Positions 13,401 to 28,800 of a DNA stretch of 64,000 nucleotides are shown here, one piece after another. The first letter of the stretch is position 1. Each line of letters opens with the position of its first letter. The DNA lies in contig JBHGNT010000004.1 in assembly GCA_043228905.1 (NCBI GenBank), positions 2,542,001 through 2,606,000 of the forward strand, read 5' to 3'. Source of the stretch: Azolla caroliniana. Lineage: Eukaryota > Plantae > Polypodiophyta. The translations under genes were made by a program, and so were the position numbers. The notes under the pieces were generated by a model. The model made no database searches and was not told where the DNA came from. It was given only the letters and a program-made list of their open reading frames with translations.

Positions 13401-14710
13401 GAGTTGGAAATATAGTCTTTCCATTTATCCTTTAATGTGACCATTATATCTTCTAGTCTTGGGGCTTGTACTAAAACTTTTGTGAGCCTTTCTTTTTCTA
13501 GGTCACCATGTCAATGTTTGATAATGATATGATGACGATCGGAGTCCATATTGTATTCTAACAAACTTTGTTGTTTCTAGTGGACTACAATCCAAAATTT
13601 CATATGAGAATGATTATAGGTGAGCAATTGGCACCTATGGTTGCGAGCTCAATGTAATTTTATTTGTCCTCAAGGTGCATGAAGTGATATAGAATTCCTT
13701 TTGATATTTTCTATGTGATTGCCTTTTTTGTCATTTTTAGTTCACATTGCACAAAATCACATTGCTTATATCCTAGTAAAATATACTATTTCTAGGTTGT
13801 TATTAGGACTCATATTGTTTGCGGATTATAGAAGTCATTGGTCTTTTGTGGACATTGCTTTAATGTCATTTCAAGGTACTTCTGTAGTTATCCTTCATGT
13901 CGATAAGTATTAAGAAGATTATTATTAATTTCTCTCCATTACATGAATGTTGTTTTGCCATTACTTGACGAAGATCAATGTTATCATGTCAAAAGACATA
14001 CATCGTTCGTGACAAAGGACTAGTTCCATGCATATCCCTTTTTACTTGTACATAGAAGGACTAGACCTAAAATTGAACTACCCGCAAATTGTACGAATGG
14101 TATTAGGAAATGAATAATTCATAGCTTCTGAAGATGATGTGATCACTTTGTCACATGTGTATGCATGACACCTCTCACAAATCTTAACTTTATGCCGGTC
14201 ACAAAGGCACAACACCATATTTATATGACGTTAGCTCTCTTGTATGCACATGCCGTAGATTGTGGATTACAAATGATACACGACAAATGTCCTTGACCTT
14301 GACACACCAGAATAATTAATAGCAGGTAGCTACAATTTCATGCTTGCAATAATAAACTAGAGTCCATAAACTATTGATGCATATTAATAACATTGTTCTA
14401 TAGTAAGAAATGTTGTAAAACATTGGGCTCTAGGAAACCTTGTCCATCTACCAATAGCATGATTGTTATGCTCTACAGTTGTAACATGTGGTCACAAACC
14501 CTTATTTCCATGGCACATATACAATAAACATGAACCAATATCTAGCAATCCCTTTTTTAAGATTTATAGTTGATAATGGCATCAAGAATAAAGGAAACCA
14601 CACCCTTTTAGATGATGATCATATGTCCTATTATCTATTTATATGAATACCAAATCATTGATGCGTCAAAATTTATCACATATTATATATTCTATACTTA
14701 CCCATATGGA

Positions 14711-14786
14711 GTAGATCATCCCTCTCATTTTAAAACATGTGTCATACTGTAGATCATTCTTCTCAGTTTAAAACATGTGGCATGCA
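14711..14786. repeat. Imperfect ~38-bp tandem duplication
   Basis: GTAGATCAT(C/T)C(C/T)TCTCA..TTTAAAACATGTG occurs twice. Confidence 0.75.
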
Positions 14787-16354
14787 AATAGGTGGTGGGT
14801 TTTTAGATCAAGAATTTCAAATGGTAGGTCTATTTATAAGAGCACGCGGTAAGAGGATGCATTTGTCAATGTGCGCCAAAATGTGGATTATCACACAATA
14901 TGCACCTTAAATGTTTTTTAAACAATCAACAAGTAACTACTAACAAGATGTTCACAAATGTCAATTAATGGTTGGAGGTAAAACATTCACAATCGGAAGT
15001 ATGAGTAAGCATGCATAGACACTGATTCTGGAGCCTAGAGAAAGGACCAAGGTTTGCTTTGGCCACAATGGATGCTTCTTAGCTTTAGAAATAATACTTT
15101 GAAATTTTGATTCGGTTCTTCCCATTTATGAATCTCATATCGACTACTGAGGAAATACAATAATATATACAGACATCCATTCACCAATAGCGTGTGTCAA
15201 AAAAGAGACCAGTAAGTAGTACACCCACACACACACAAACCAGCGATAAGCGAAGCACTTCTTCATACACAACTATCTTAGGGGAGAGATATAGAAGCAC
15301 TTTTGTCGCCAGTACGTCTATGTTCTCTCTCTCTCGCTCTCTCTACTTGATTTGGTTTGGATTGAATGCATTAGTAACTGCCCCCCTTCGCTCTTTATTA
15401 TTAATAGCTTTAGCACACACTTAATCAACTTATATATCTACACGGTACACCTAATTCTTCCGCCCACATATTTCAATAATTTTTAACATGTTTAAAGCTT
15501 CTATATTTTCCATCCATCCTCTTCATATCTACTTATGTACATACATACATACATGCATGCAATTCATCCTTCATCTTTACATGTGTGGGCATAGACATAG
15601 ACATACACCTTAAGATATAACAACACATACATACATACATTGATCGATGCGTACTTTGCATTAACTGAAGACTTGTTGGCACTATATTTACCTTCCAAAG
15701 TCACTATAGTTTCTCCTCACAATCATGATGATCACCAATGTACATGCACATGCATACAACCCATCATGATCACCCAGAGATTTTATCCTCCAAAAGTCAC
15801 ATATTTCTGCGCACATCATGATCACCAATATTCCTCCTCCTTCTCTCTCTCTCTCTCTCTGCAGCAGCATTCAACATACATACATGCCTATTTACACACA
15901 ACATGCTTAAAAAGTGACAATACAGTAAAATTTTGCTCTATATGCATGCATCATCAACATGCACCGACGTTAACATAGCTACATACATGCATATCCATGT
16001 TATGTATGCATATAGACCCTATTCTCACACTTTAGTATGTGTGATGTAATAAATGGCGGTAAAACAATGACTTAATGATCAATCTAGAGTTAATATGCAT
16101 TAGCTGTTTAATCAAAGACCAGATTAAGTAGACATAGGATCAGGTAAGAGTTGTACTGATATTCTATGCATGCAAAATAATGAGGGTGCTGGTAGAATGC
16201 AATGCAATAAGAGTAATGTTCTCTCTCTCTCTCTCTCTCTTAAATTCCCATCGTTTTGATTAGAACAAATAACTGGATTATGTAGAGATGTGGTGTAAAT
16301 CAAGTGTTTGCTCATTGATAAAGGATAATTGAGTTATTAAGCTCCGTGCACGCG

Positions 16355-16385
<31 letters not shown>

Positions 16386-16988
16386 ATAGAGGGAAATGGG
16401 GGTGGGGGGATTATTTGTACGTGCCAACCATAATTGCTATTTACATACATCGCTGGGGATAAAATTACAGGGTAAATATTGCATTGCACTGCAATGTATG
16501 CTAATACACTTTATGAATCCATGAATGCAATATGGGTATGTATACATATATGGCCCTGTAATTCTGTTGCATGGGGTGGGAAACATTAAATGCAGGGCTT
16601 CACATGGATGGCCACAGCTGCAGGTACCTATCGCCCCCCCTTCTTCCATTCATCCCGCATGACGATCATCCTCGATTAATTACTAATCAACCCCCCATGC
16701 ATTGATATGACATCCGTATCTGACTGTGTGGTCCAATTGACGAATTCAAGTTCAGTTATGTCATGATGCGCGTGGATGGATGGATGCATGCATGTATTTG
16801 GGAATGATATCTCTCGCATATGCGTAATTAGAGCCAACCTGTATCTGTAGCAACTAGCAAATCTATCTATACACCCAACATACTTTATCACAACTGTGCA
16901 TATATTAATTAATGCATGGATGTTGATCACTAACCTACCATAATGCATGCCTTAGACCATCGTGAATTATCATGCATACAACCTATTT

Positions 16989-17020
<32 letters not shown>

Positions 17021-17267
17021 TGTATGTATGTGTATGCACATTATATACACGTTGTACATGCATGCATTTATGTATTCACGATAATCCATGTGTGCATGTA
17101 TAGTATGTACATCATACGTTTACATCCCGTATCCTCTATACCGTATGCATATCCCACAATGGGATGTTCACAGACTCTTAATCGCAGTTAACCATACCTT
17201 GGTATACATATAGCATAACTATTGTCTTGTGCATATTGAGGTGTACCTATGTGCATTTCACAATATC

Positions 17268-17304
<37 letters not shown>

Positions 17305-20300
17305 ATATATACATTGGTGTACAATAAGTAATACAGATGCCATCTTCATTTCTTAAAGGAATTAAACCAAATATATTTCCATATTTGTGATTGGCAATAG
17401 CAATGCCCACTAAACTCATTTATAAGCAATATGCTAAGCTCTTTATAAATGAAAAGCACCTTGCACCATTGTATAAGGGGAGAATAAAATAATTGGCATA
17501 TTGACACACGACAATAGTGTCACTTATTATGTATCTAAGAATGCAATAATCCAACACTCACTTATTTCTCATACACATTTCGAGAACCAAAAGGTAAAAA
17601 CACTTAACCACATTCGGTTATGTAGTAATATAGTCAAAGATATAACATATGTTTCAGTGATCTCAAATTCATGTCAATGTGCACTAGGGACAAGGGGGTC
17701 TTCTATAATTTAATCTTCTCAAACTCCGATGGATTTGACTTAATGTATCTAGAATAGAAGCATGAACATTGCAAACTACTTACCATTTCTCTAGGCACCA
17801 CAATCTTCCTAAAAAACAAAGGCACTTAACTTTCTAACCCCTCTCACTCTATTAGGTCTCATGTTTCTTTAGCGAGTACTTGTCCCCACACGTCCATCAG
17901 CCCCCAAGTCAATATCCTTAACTACATTGTCCAATAAGAAAACTAAAATTAAATAGTAAAACAAACCTTTTCATTTTGTTGGAAATGGTGCAATATTACC
18001 TTGGGAATGGTCCGTGTTGTCTATTCCTTCAAGACTAACTACTATGAGCCAATGGATTAAACTCCAATTTCTAGCTAAAACACATTATATCAGTCGCATG
18101 CAACAATACTCAAAGTAATAGCAAAACTCAAATTAAAACCCTTGATTTCTTTCTCTATTTGGCCGAAGAGAATTTAAAGGAGCATTCTAATTGTTTTTTG
18201 TTTGCCTTGCAAACTTAACTTAACCATGCCCTCAAAATCCCATAATAACCACCTATACTTTTTACACCATAGTCTAAATCAAAATTTCAGTATACACCTT
18301 TGCTTTTGTAGCGGTGTGTATATTTCAATTGATTACTTATAAGTTATAACCCCCGATTAAACAATTTCGTGGTAAGACATCGTAAAAGTAAAGGTTGTCT
18401 TCTCTAGAGTTTGATGGATTGTCATGTTGTTATGTGGTAAAATCTTGAAATTCCATTGGTTTTATATTGCCAATTGCCTCACTTTTATATGATGTGTTTG
18501 CATGAAAGTTTTGTGAGTCACCAATACTCTATTAAAAAAACATTAATATCCTCTCGAATGCTAGTTCCACCCTTTGTGAACTTGCATATTGTTGTTAAAA
18601 ACTTACATATTCAACAAACCTTCAATTTTGTAAAAATTTAAAGGAAAATTTTCATAATACAATGAGCCTTTGAAAAAGAAGGGTTTTATCAATTTCAAAT
18701 TTAAGCAATATTTTAGATTAAAAGGATTCACCGAGTTGAATCGTTAAAATCTTCGTCATATAGATTTTAACTATTCTGAAGTTTTCGATTGACCAATTAT
18801 AACATAATGGAATGTGGCCCGTAGTTCAACACAAAGTTTGTAACACAATAATTCGACCACACTTTTGGACCTTACTCTTCTAGAACTATTTACTCTATGG
18901 CATCCTTGCAAACACCTAGTTTTGCGATGTTCTAGGATTAGTTTATCAAGCATGATTTTGATTCATCCCACACCAACGTTTCACTTTCACATAACTATGC
19001 ATGTAAGTTTTCCTAGATTTAACCATACAAGGATATTCCTTCTACTTCAAGTTATAATTCCCTTGTTCAAGGATATAAAAATTTATGATTCTCAATACTC
19101 AATGAACTAGTCTTCTCTCTTTTTCTTAGTCCAAATGTTTAGAAGATTTTATCATAGCTTGATTGATGAGATCTTGAATTTTCCTACAAAGTGCCTATGA
19201 TTTTAGAAATGCAATGATGCACTATAATATAAGCCACAATTACTTGGTTCCGTGAAAACCGTGAAAAAAGTTCTTTGAATTAGCAATAACACTATATGAA
19301 TAAGCAATACTTAGGAATTGGCAACCACCACCTTAAAAAGCCCCTTCGAATTAATAACCTTCAGGCTTCAACACCAAAAGGAGATAGGAATCCACTTAAA
19401 CCTACATTTCTTTATAGATTGACACAACCAATCTATCCATGTACATGAGATATTATTAATGGAAGATAATCTACGCAATACCAAGTTGTAGGTATGCATA
19501 AAATTAACCAAGCTTATATATACACTATATTTAGCCATAATATATAGATACCAAATAAGTCACATTTAAGAGGGCCCTAGATTGCAATATACATGTTAAT
19601 GCAATTGTGGAAACTTAGAATCCAAGCATAACCAATTAACAAATCTGAAGTATTAGTTATTAGTTTGTGTTAAGGCTGCTCATGTATACATTTATGCATT
19701 ATACAAATTTAACCATTTGAGATTTAAGAGAAAGGAGTGTCACTTCTCGTATATGGTTACATGTTTCCTATAACTATTAGTGATGAACTTTTCAAACTTC
19801 AACTAACTCAACTTCTATGGATTGGTTCTTTTATATTGGTGGAAGTTTCACATGAGTTAGAATATTCATATATTGGGTTGCTAATTTCAAACTAATTTGT
19901 CATATTTTTCATAGAAAGGCCTAATGATAAAAGCTTGCAATGATGTTCAAGTTTTTCTAAACTTTTGTATGGGTAGTTAGGCATAGCTATATCTTGATTT
20001 GATCCACCATCTAGAACCTATGATATACTCCATTGTGAGAAAGAGACAAATTGAGAGCTACTAAACCAAAACATTGTGAGATATGTATGTTTAAAATAAA
20101 ACAATTTGATAATTAATCACAATGTTAAAGTTCATCTTTAACTTTTGTACCACCATTTCATATTTTTTTGCCCATTTAACTATACGCAAAACATGTTGCA
20201 CTTGTTCTTCTAGAAGGATTCATAGTAAACATTTGTAAAAAACCAAGTTAACATAGTGAATTCATTGGTTAATTAACATTATCTTACTATAGTTTGATAT

Positions 20301-21314
20301 ATTCTTTATGAATAGGAAGATGACGTTGTACACATATAATATTAAATATTGTATTCTATTTCTTTGTCATTCTCCAAAGTCGGTATCATCATTAGCGATG
20401 AATATTGATGTGTGAAAATTCGAAGTGATCCATCTAGTATACAAAAAGTGTCATTTTATCATGTTTTTCTTTATCCTTGGCCATTTCAACTAGTAACCAT
20501 TGAGTTTGTGGATGCTTGGATACTATATTTCTCTCCTTCTAGGAGTGTTTATGGTACACCCATGTTGAATTAATGTGCATCCTCGCACATCTTCTAAATT
20601 TCTATTCCTATCTCACTTAATACATTAGCTTCTCATTAAGTATGCGTTAATAGATTAGTTTCTCTTCTGACATATCTTAATACATCGGCTTCCACAATTC
20701 CCAATATGTTCCTAGCTAATAACAACTAACCTTATTCCTAAAGTTGTTTCTTATCCTAAAACCATAACTGTCCCTAAACTTGTTGTGGAGCCTAAATCTT
20801 ATCTCAAACCTCTATTATTCCTTACCCCTAAAAAGAGATTAGTTAACAATCTCCATGTAGCTCAACTATTGGGATGTTCAATTGTCCTCCCATGTTACTG
20901 AAGCCACTCTCGAGCCCTAATTAAATAAACTCAAGCTTGCAATACATCTAACGAGCACCTTCATTCTCTACTTCCTAATTGACTCTCTCTCAACCTAATG
21001 GGAAGCCTAGTTGGCCAAAGTGTGGCCCTATAGTAGGTTGAAGTTGACTTCCCATGATCCACATTATCTATTACAACTTGTTGAGAGCCAAACCCAACTT
21101 CCCCAATGTAATGGCTTTCACACTGGCAATGGACACACTAGGTTCAAGCTAGTTTTGCAAATAGTAGAAAGGGTAGTTGCCCTAAGTTAGTTGGCATTTA
21201 AACCAACTCTTTTGTAACCTAGTGGTTGTTGGATGTATTTTTGGTTGTAACCGTTTACTTACTAATACAACTTCTTGTTCTCCGTCTCTAAGTTCTCTCT
21301 CTCTCTCTCTCTCT

Positions 21315-22292
21315 AATGCAACTAGTTGGAAATCGTATTACCTTTTGGAGAACCAATGCAACCAAAGTGATACTTGTGGATGGGAAGTAAAACTAATGTT
21401 GTTCAATGCCATGGTAACTCAAGTATTGCTTTATGGAGTAGAAGTATGGGGTGGCACCATCTCTCTTAATGCATGGAATGAGATTGAGAAAATTCAAAAG
21501 ATGTTTTCAAGGAGGCAATTAGGAGTTAAATGCACTACCTCTTACCAGGTTATGCTCTTGGAAACAGGTGTTCGACAGGAATGTTGGATGTAAGCTACAA
21601 AAGAATCATAAAAGTAAAATTCTCTCATCTGGTTGGGTTGTTGACATAAGAAAGTCGTTTAGAAGATGGGGTGTGGATAATCTTTTAGAGCTTTCGGGCA
21701 ATGCTATGCAGTATGTAAAAATTGAGGAAAGGTTGGTGGAATCATTAAGGATGAAGATGCTAAGAGAACAAAGCTAGAATACTACATTGCAAATGTCAAC
21801 CCTGAATGTTGGTCTCAATATAAAGCAAGAATGCCTATTGATCGTATCCAATCTTATCTCATTACCAGTATGAGTAGTAATGCTTGTAGAGCCCTTACAC
21901 TACTTGGCACGCGATCTCACAAGTTAGGTATTGAAGTTGCATCATGGTATCAAAATGTAACAGACTTGAAGACATGCAAAGTATGCAATGAAGGCATGGT
22001 AGAGGATGAATGTCACTTGCTCTTCACATGCTCGACATATAGTGCAATTCGTTCAAGATATGCTGACATACTAAAAGGGAGTGATAACTTAAGTGCCATA
22101 CTTAAGACACCACCGAGAAGGTTGAGCTCATATGTGTATGCTTTATTCACACATAGAGACTTTGTGCTTCAATGTATGAATACCCCTTCTTAGGAAGGAG
22201 ACACATATCAAGAACACATGTATACTCTGGTTCCATAGGTCAAAATTGGCCTCTTTATGGACGATAAAAAAATCTAATTCTAATTCTAATTC
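21315..22292 (+). mobile_element. 5'-truncated non-LTR retrotransposon (RTEX/L2-like ORF2 C-terminus) with (TAATTC)n tail
   Basis: LLYGVEVWG..EIEKIQKMF; RSHKLGIE; CCHC motif CKVCNEGMVEDECHLLFTC; tandem TAATTC tail at ~22275-22292. Clade assignment is inferred. Confidence 0.75.
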
Positions 22293-22910
22293 TCTCTTTT
22301 CGTAAATCAATGTTTGTTATCAAAACAAGATGATAATACAACCCTTGCTATCTTCACTACTTCATAAATAGTGATAGTGCAAGGGAAACCCTCTCAAGTG
22401 TTGTAAAACTAGGTGACATAAGTCCATCTCCTCTTGGGACAATGTTCCCATACAACATAATTGTGAAAATTGTCAAATCAACTTCCCTTTCATCCTACGG
22501 AGTTGTTGTGTCACCCCATGCAGTCCATCAAACAAGAATCCATTTCTCATGGTCCAATTAAACCACATCCCCCAATATCTAAGGTAGTAACAAACAACTG
22601 TATATGATGGTGTGGGCATAACTTTATCCTCATCAGTAAAAACCCACTTATAAGGTGACAAAATATTTCCTGTTATCGATGCCCAAATTTGTGATATAAT
22701 CACCCAATGGCTTTAACAAATGAACATGTAATGAACCTATGTCTGGCATCGTCTTCCACCAACATACAATAAAAACATGTCCCATTCGAAATATGTATTC
22801 GTTTTAAGGCCATCGCGAAAGGCAACCCACCAACTATGGCACACCAAAGAAACACCTTTGCACGAAATGGAAGATGAGACTGCAACCCTGCATCTAAAAC
22901 TCTACGCCAC
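22293..22910 (-). mobile_element. L1-type LINE 3' fragment (zf-RVT region)
   Basis: KVFLWCAIVGGLP..GTCFYCMLVEDDARHRFITC; LRYWGMWFNWTMRNGFLFD. Confidence 0.75.
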
Positions 22911-22932
22911 CTCTCTCTCTCTCTCTCTCTCT

Positions 22933-24250
22933 TGTGAAAACACAGAATTATATTAATAAGTGTCTGTGAAAAACACTACTTACAATGGGTGTATCAATCG
23001 AGTACGGTCACCCACTAACTACACTACAGTACATGGGTAATGGAACATGTTGAATTGCCAATATGCAAGACGAACACTCCACTGAGGAAAGAATTTCCAC
23101 TTCCTCCAATAACGAAAATTGCCACATTAGTACTCCCTTCAACTTTCGTAGATATGCTTTCACTCCATTCCTACCATCAAATACAAAAGCATTGTGGATA
23201 TCCCAATTATGACGCAATCCCCAATATCTCAGAAATAGGAAAACGATCTCCATCTTTGATTTTGGGTCAAGTTGTGTAAATTGTGGAAACACCCACTGTC
23301 AAGGCGTCAAAGAACACCGTGATAAAACTTGCCAGATTTGAGAAATGGAACACCAAATCTGACAGGACACTGAATAAAATGATGAGTATTATCTTCAATT
23401 TGAACAGTGCAAAAGAAGCAATTGCCCATTGCTATTTCGTGATGCTTTAGAGCTAACCCCAAAGGTAATCCTCCAATCAAAACTCTCCAAATGAAGACTT
23501 TTGCAACAAGTGGCAATTTAGAATGCCAACTATGTTTTAAGATCTACCACCACCCATTATTAGATTTGTGTATTTTCAATTTTTCTTCAACCTTAGGTGA
23601 TAGCCATTCAAGAGTCTCAATGCAACAATGATATAAAAGATTAGTGGTCACTTGTAAAAACGACGTCTGACCCCTTCAACACCAATCATCCCAATGGTTG
23701 TTCCCCTGTTTGAGGAGGTAAGGGACCTTTTGCATCAAAGCAATATTCTATAGTTGTTGCCTAAAAAACCCATAATTAGGCAATATGCGTAATAATTGTC
23801 ACGCTACAACAAACTCCAAGACTCTTTGAGATGAAGCCTCAACTATATCTCCCACCTCCTTGACCCCCAAACGAAACAAACGATTAAATTTAGAGCACAA
23901 TCTCTCCTTACTTGGCCAAAATAATATCCGAGAAGACACAAGTAACTCTTTTTGTAAAGAATTACAATTCTCTCAACTAGATAATGGTCTCCATTCACAT
24001 AACAAGAGTGCTTCTTGCTAGGAGATAACCAAATGTTGAGCACATGAAGAGTTTAAAATCTTAAGAGAAATACATCCATTCAATAATTGCCACAATGAAA
24101 CCTTAATCGTTGTCCTCCCATGTGTTAAACCCTTATTCTCAATGAAATATTGAATAATAGATATCCATGGTTGTGAGTCTGAACACATGTCTTGTAGTAA
24201 TAAAAATCCACAAGTCATCATATGCATAGATAAGTCCAATATTCCACCGT
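22933..24250 (-). mobile_element. Second L1-type LINE 3' fragment, related to the previous one
   Basis: KVFIWRVLIGGLP..GNCFFCTVQIEDNTHHFIQCP; LRYWGLRHNWDIHNAFVFD. Confidence 0.75.
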
Positions 24251-25596
24251 GCACACACACACACACACACACACACATCTCTAACCTATTCCGTGCACAA
24301 GAATCACTATCGATTCTTTACATGGTATCAGAGCACTTTGGCAGCTCGATCTAGCCCATCCGCGTGTGTTGTGGCTATGACGACGATTCAAAGAAATCCG
24401 GCTCATCGCTATTGTAGTGCTGCTACATAGCTCGTATTCAAGAGAGAAGAAGAAGGAAGAAATCTACATTGAACACTATGAGTACTCAATTGGGGAGCGC
24501 TCTCCCTAGCGAGAAGTTGAACCGAAACAACTTCGCATCTTGGGAGTGCAAGATGCACCAATACCTTGTTGGTCAAGGTTATTGGAGCTACACCAAAGGA
24601 GCACGAGAAAATCGACTCGACCCAAAGGACTCTGACTACTCAACATGGGAGCAAGTAGTGAGTCGAGTAATGTATTGCTTGGCGAGATGTGTTCATGACC
24701 ACATGCTCGGCTACATTCGAGAAGCCACGACGCCAAAGGAAGCATGGGAGAATCTAAGGAAGATATTCTCCGCCAATATGACGACACGAAAGCTTCAACT
24801 CTGCCAAGAGTTGAATAACATCCAACAACGGGACATGTCCATGACGAGCTACACCTTTAAGATCAAGGAGCTTTGTGACTCGATCGGCTCAATAAGCGTC
24901 AATGTGGATGATGACAAGATGTTGCAAATATGCCTCAATGGCCTCACACCACGGTTCAACACGATGAGAACTGCCATTCTAGCAAGGGAGAAGGAGAGGA
25001 ACGTGAGCAAAGGCCTATTGGACGTAGTCCTCTCCGATGTGTGGGGAGTCGGGACTGGCACAAACGTCCACATCCGGAGGATGTCAGTACTATGTTACCT
25101 TCATCGACGACTTCTCTAGATACACATGGATCTTTCTCATGAGGATGAAGAGCGAAGTGTTTACACACTTCCAGAAATTCAAAAGCGAAGTCGAAAAGAC
25201 AACTAGCCACCATGTACGATGTCTTCGGTCAGACAAAGGACAAGAATACTTCTCAGATGCATTCACAACATACCTTCCAAGAAGGAATTCGTAGAGAATT
25301 CACTTGCCGACACACACCGCAATAGAATCGTGTAGCTGAACGCAAGAATCGACACATACTCAAAGTAGCAAGGGCTATTCTGAACGAGAAGCATATGCCC
25401 AAGTCATATTGGGAAGAAGCTGCAAACACTGCCGCCTACCTCATGAATCGGTGCACAACATCCAGAGTGCATGAGGTCGCTCCTCACGAGAAGTTTTATG
25501 GAAAGAAGCTAGATCTATCCCATGTTAGGATATTCGGCTCACTTGCATACGTGCACATCCCCGACGAGAAGCGGCAACAGCTAGATCCCAAGGAAG

Positions 25597-25767
25597 TGTT
25601 CGGAATCTGGTCTGAGCCAGATCCAGGGACATATTTGTGCATATGTTTATAGAGGGCATGTCATGACCATATTTGTATATAGTCCTAAAGTCATATAAGT
25701 ATAAATATGACTTAGGGAAATCACTTATAAAAGATATAGTGGTTGAGTTGTTATTATTATTGTAGTA

Positions 25768-25823
<56 letters not shown>

Positions 25824-28800
25824 TAAAAGTTTGTCTGTTGTAACCGCCGGTTGGCGAAGTCATAGAGCTCAAGGTCGTTGCCTCCGAGTCTCACTTTGTA
25901 TCCTCTTATCATAGTGATAGTTGTAGTTTGTGGTCTCCTATGGTTTTTCCCTTTTAGGGTTTTCCATGTTAATATCTGGTGTCGTCTCATTCTGTGTAAG
26001 TGCATTATTCGTATTTTCATTTCTTGCTTTCTTCCATTGAGTGTTTAAGATTCGGTTGTGGCCGAGCCCCATTCCTCACAAACTGGTATCAGAGCGAGGT
26101 TCTAAACCCTGAAGAAAATGGAAGAGTCATTCGGAAGCATGTTCAAGCTCACCGGCTTCAACTATCCAGTATGGAAGTCGAAGATGATGGACATGTTCGT
26201 GGTCAAAGATCTCTGGTTGCCGGTGCAGTTTGGAGACAAGAGGCTGAACAAGATCAATGCCACGACGTGGGAGGTGATGCATATGAAGACGAAAGCATAC
26301 ATTCGGTGCTTCATCGGCATGAGCCTATACAACAACTTTAATGAAGAAAGTAACGCACATGTGCTTTGGGAGAAAATCAGCACCATACTAGAGAGTAAAA
26401 ACACCATAAATAGGGTTTTGGTATTCTGGAAGTTAGTGAGACTCCAGTACCAAGACGGATCCAGCATGTTGGAGAACATGAATGCATTCTAGGGGCTCAT
26501 AAATCAAACAACCTCGTTGGAAGTACCTCTAGCGATCGAGGTACTTGTGTTGCTCCTGCCTTATTCCCTCCCGAATAGTTGGGAGACGCTAGTTGTCACT
26601 TTGGACAACGCCGGGCCGGAAGGAAGGCATTTGTCCCTAGCAAGAGTAAAGTCATTGTATAGAGCTAGAGATCACGATTCTGTTCGGATGGGAAATGAAG
26701 GTGCATGCCGAATTATCGGCATAGGAGACGTGTGGTTGACGACATCAACGGGATGCAAGTTGCTGTTGAAGAATGTTTGACACGTTCCGGAGGTTCGGTT
26801 GAACCTGATATCAACCGGTCGGCTGGATGATGAAGGCTACACGGGTAGCATCCGGAATGAAGTCATGAAGTTTGCAAAGGGAGCTTGATCATGGCCTGAG
26901 CCCGAAAGATCAACACACTGTACCCAATGCATGCTCGGATATGCCGGGAAGAAGTGAACGTGGCATCAGACAATGCCGGTGAGTTGTGGCACAAGAGGTT
27001 GTGTCACATGAGCCAGAAAGGGATGAGAAGACTTGCCGAAGATAACCTCATTCCGGAGGTGAAAGACGTGCATGTTGAGAAGTGCATCGATTGCTTGGCC
27101 GGCAAGCAAAACCAAACTTCTTTCCAGCCAAGACCACCAATGAGATGGAATGCCCCATTGGAACTTGTGCAAACTGATGTATGCCAAGTGGACATTAAGT
27201 CACATTCCAGATCGTAGTACTTCATGACGTTTATAGAAGACCACAGTCGGAAGCTATGGGTCTCACCACTTAAGACGAAGAACTAGGTATTATCCGTCTT
27301 CAAGGAATTCCACGCGAGAGTGGAAAGAGAAACCGATTGGAAGTTGAAGGCGGTTCGAACGGACAACGAAGGAGAATACTAGGGGAAGTTCGAGGAGTAT
27401 TGCTGGTTGAAGGGAATCCGGCTTCAATTCACCGTGTCGAAGACACCGAAGCTGAATGGATTGGTCGAACGGATGAACTGAACCATAATGGAGAGAGTTT
27501 GAAGCATCCTAGCACATGCAAAATTACCCAAGACGTTCGGGGCTGAGGCGCTGATGACAATGACCTTTGCGATAAATAGATCACTCTCAGTGCCCTTGGA
27601 AGGAAACTCAACGCAGAAAGTATGGACCGGTAAAGACGTGTCTTACCATCATCTGAAGGTGTTTGGTTGTCTCACTTATGTGCATGTTGCAAAGGACAAG
27701 AGAACAAAGTTGGATCTGAAGTCTAGGCCATACATATTCCTTGGATACGGAGATGATGAGTTTGAATACCGAGTGTGGGACTTGGTCGACAAGAAGGTGT
27801 TCCGGAGTGGAGACATAGTCTTCATGGAAGACAAGAGTATCGCCGACTGGCAGTCGAAGAAAAAGATAGCAGACTTTGGATCGACCGATGGGACCCATTC
27901 GGCTGGAAGCCGGATAACACTCGAAGAAATGGCCAGAGTCGGACAAGAGACCGAACCGATCGAAGAAGTAGAATTGGACACCAGAGCCGAACAAGCCCCG
28001 GAATCAGATTCAGATGAAGAACAAACGGTGGAACCGGTGGATATGAACCAAGGAAGAAGATATCCTCTCAGAAAGAGAAGATCCCCCCGGAGATTCCCGG
28101 ATGCAGAGCATGTGTTGCTAACCGACGAGGGGGAGCCGAAGAGCTTGGAATAAGCAAAGAAAGACACCCACAACCGCAAGTGGTTAAGTGCTATGCAGGA
28201 TGAGATGGATTCCCTACACGAGAACCACAAAAAGAGAGCACTCCGGAAATCCACCAAGGTACAAAGCGTGCATTGTGGTGAATGGCTTCCAGCAGAAGAA
28301 AGGAGTGGATATTGATGAGATCTTTGCCCCGATAGTGAAGATGACATCCATTCGGACGGTGTTGAGCGTAGCGGTAAGCATGGACCTTGAAGTAGAACAA
28401 CTAGACGTTAAGACGACGTTCCTACATGGAGACCTCGAAGAAGAGATCTACATGCAACAATCAGAAGGATTCGTGAAGAAAGGGAAGGAGCACCTGGTAT
28501 GCCAGTTGAAGAAGAGGTTATACGACTGAAGCAGGCTCCCCAATAATGGTACCGTAAGTTCAACTCCTTCATGACTGATCAAGGATACCACAAGACAGAG
28601 ACCGACCACTGTGTATTTGTGCAAAATTTTCGATGAAGGAGACTTCCTGATACTCCTACTATATGTGGATGACATGCTGATCGTCGGACCAAACTGAACC
28701 AAGCTCCTACTATATGTGGATGACACCTCTGCCGTCGGAAGCTTGATGTATGCAATGATGTCTACCTGGTTGGATATCGGATACGCTGTCGGAGTAGTCA

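Larger units (their letters stand above)
21079..25596 (+). mobile_element. Degenerate Ty1/copia C2: LINE-interrupted 5' LTR (21079-24322), PBS-Met, gag and integrase remnants
   Basis: TGTTGAG start; GGGTAGTTGCCCTAAGT motif shared with the copia LTR at 62490; LTR end CTTTACA then TGGTATCAGAGC (24323-24334); gag EKLNRNNFASWE; integrase YYVTFIDDFSRYTW and LSHVRIFGS; internal deletion near 24990. Confidence 0.8.

Noticed and set aside
4600-21000. Short ORFs (60-112 aa) in the AT-rich region
   Set aside because: No domain motifs, many run through microsatellites, and no convincing exon structure.
12600-21050. Possible ancient retroelement remnants at ~12.6-14.6, 17.7-19.4 and 20.3-21 kb
   Set aside because: Composition is suggestive, but I could not read a diagnostic motif; needs a translated HMM search.
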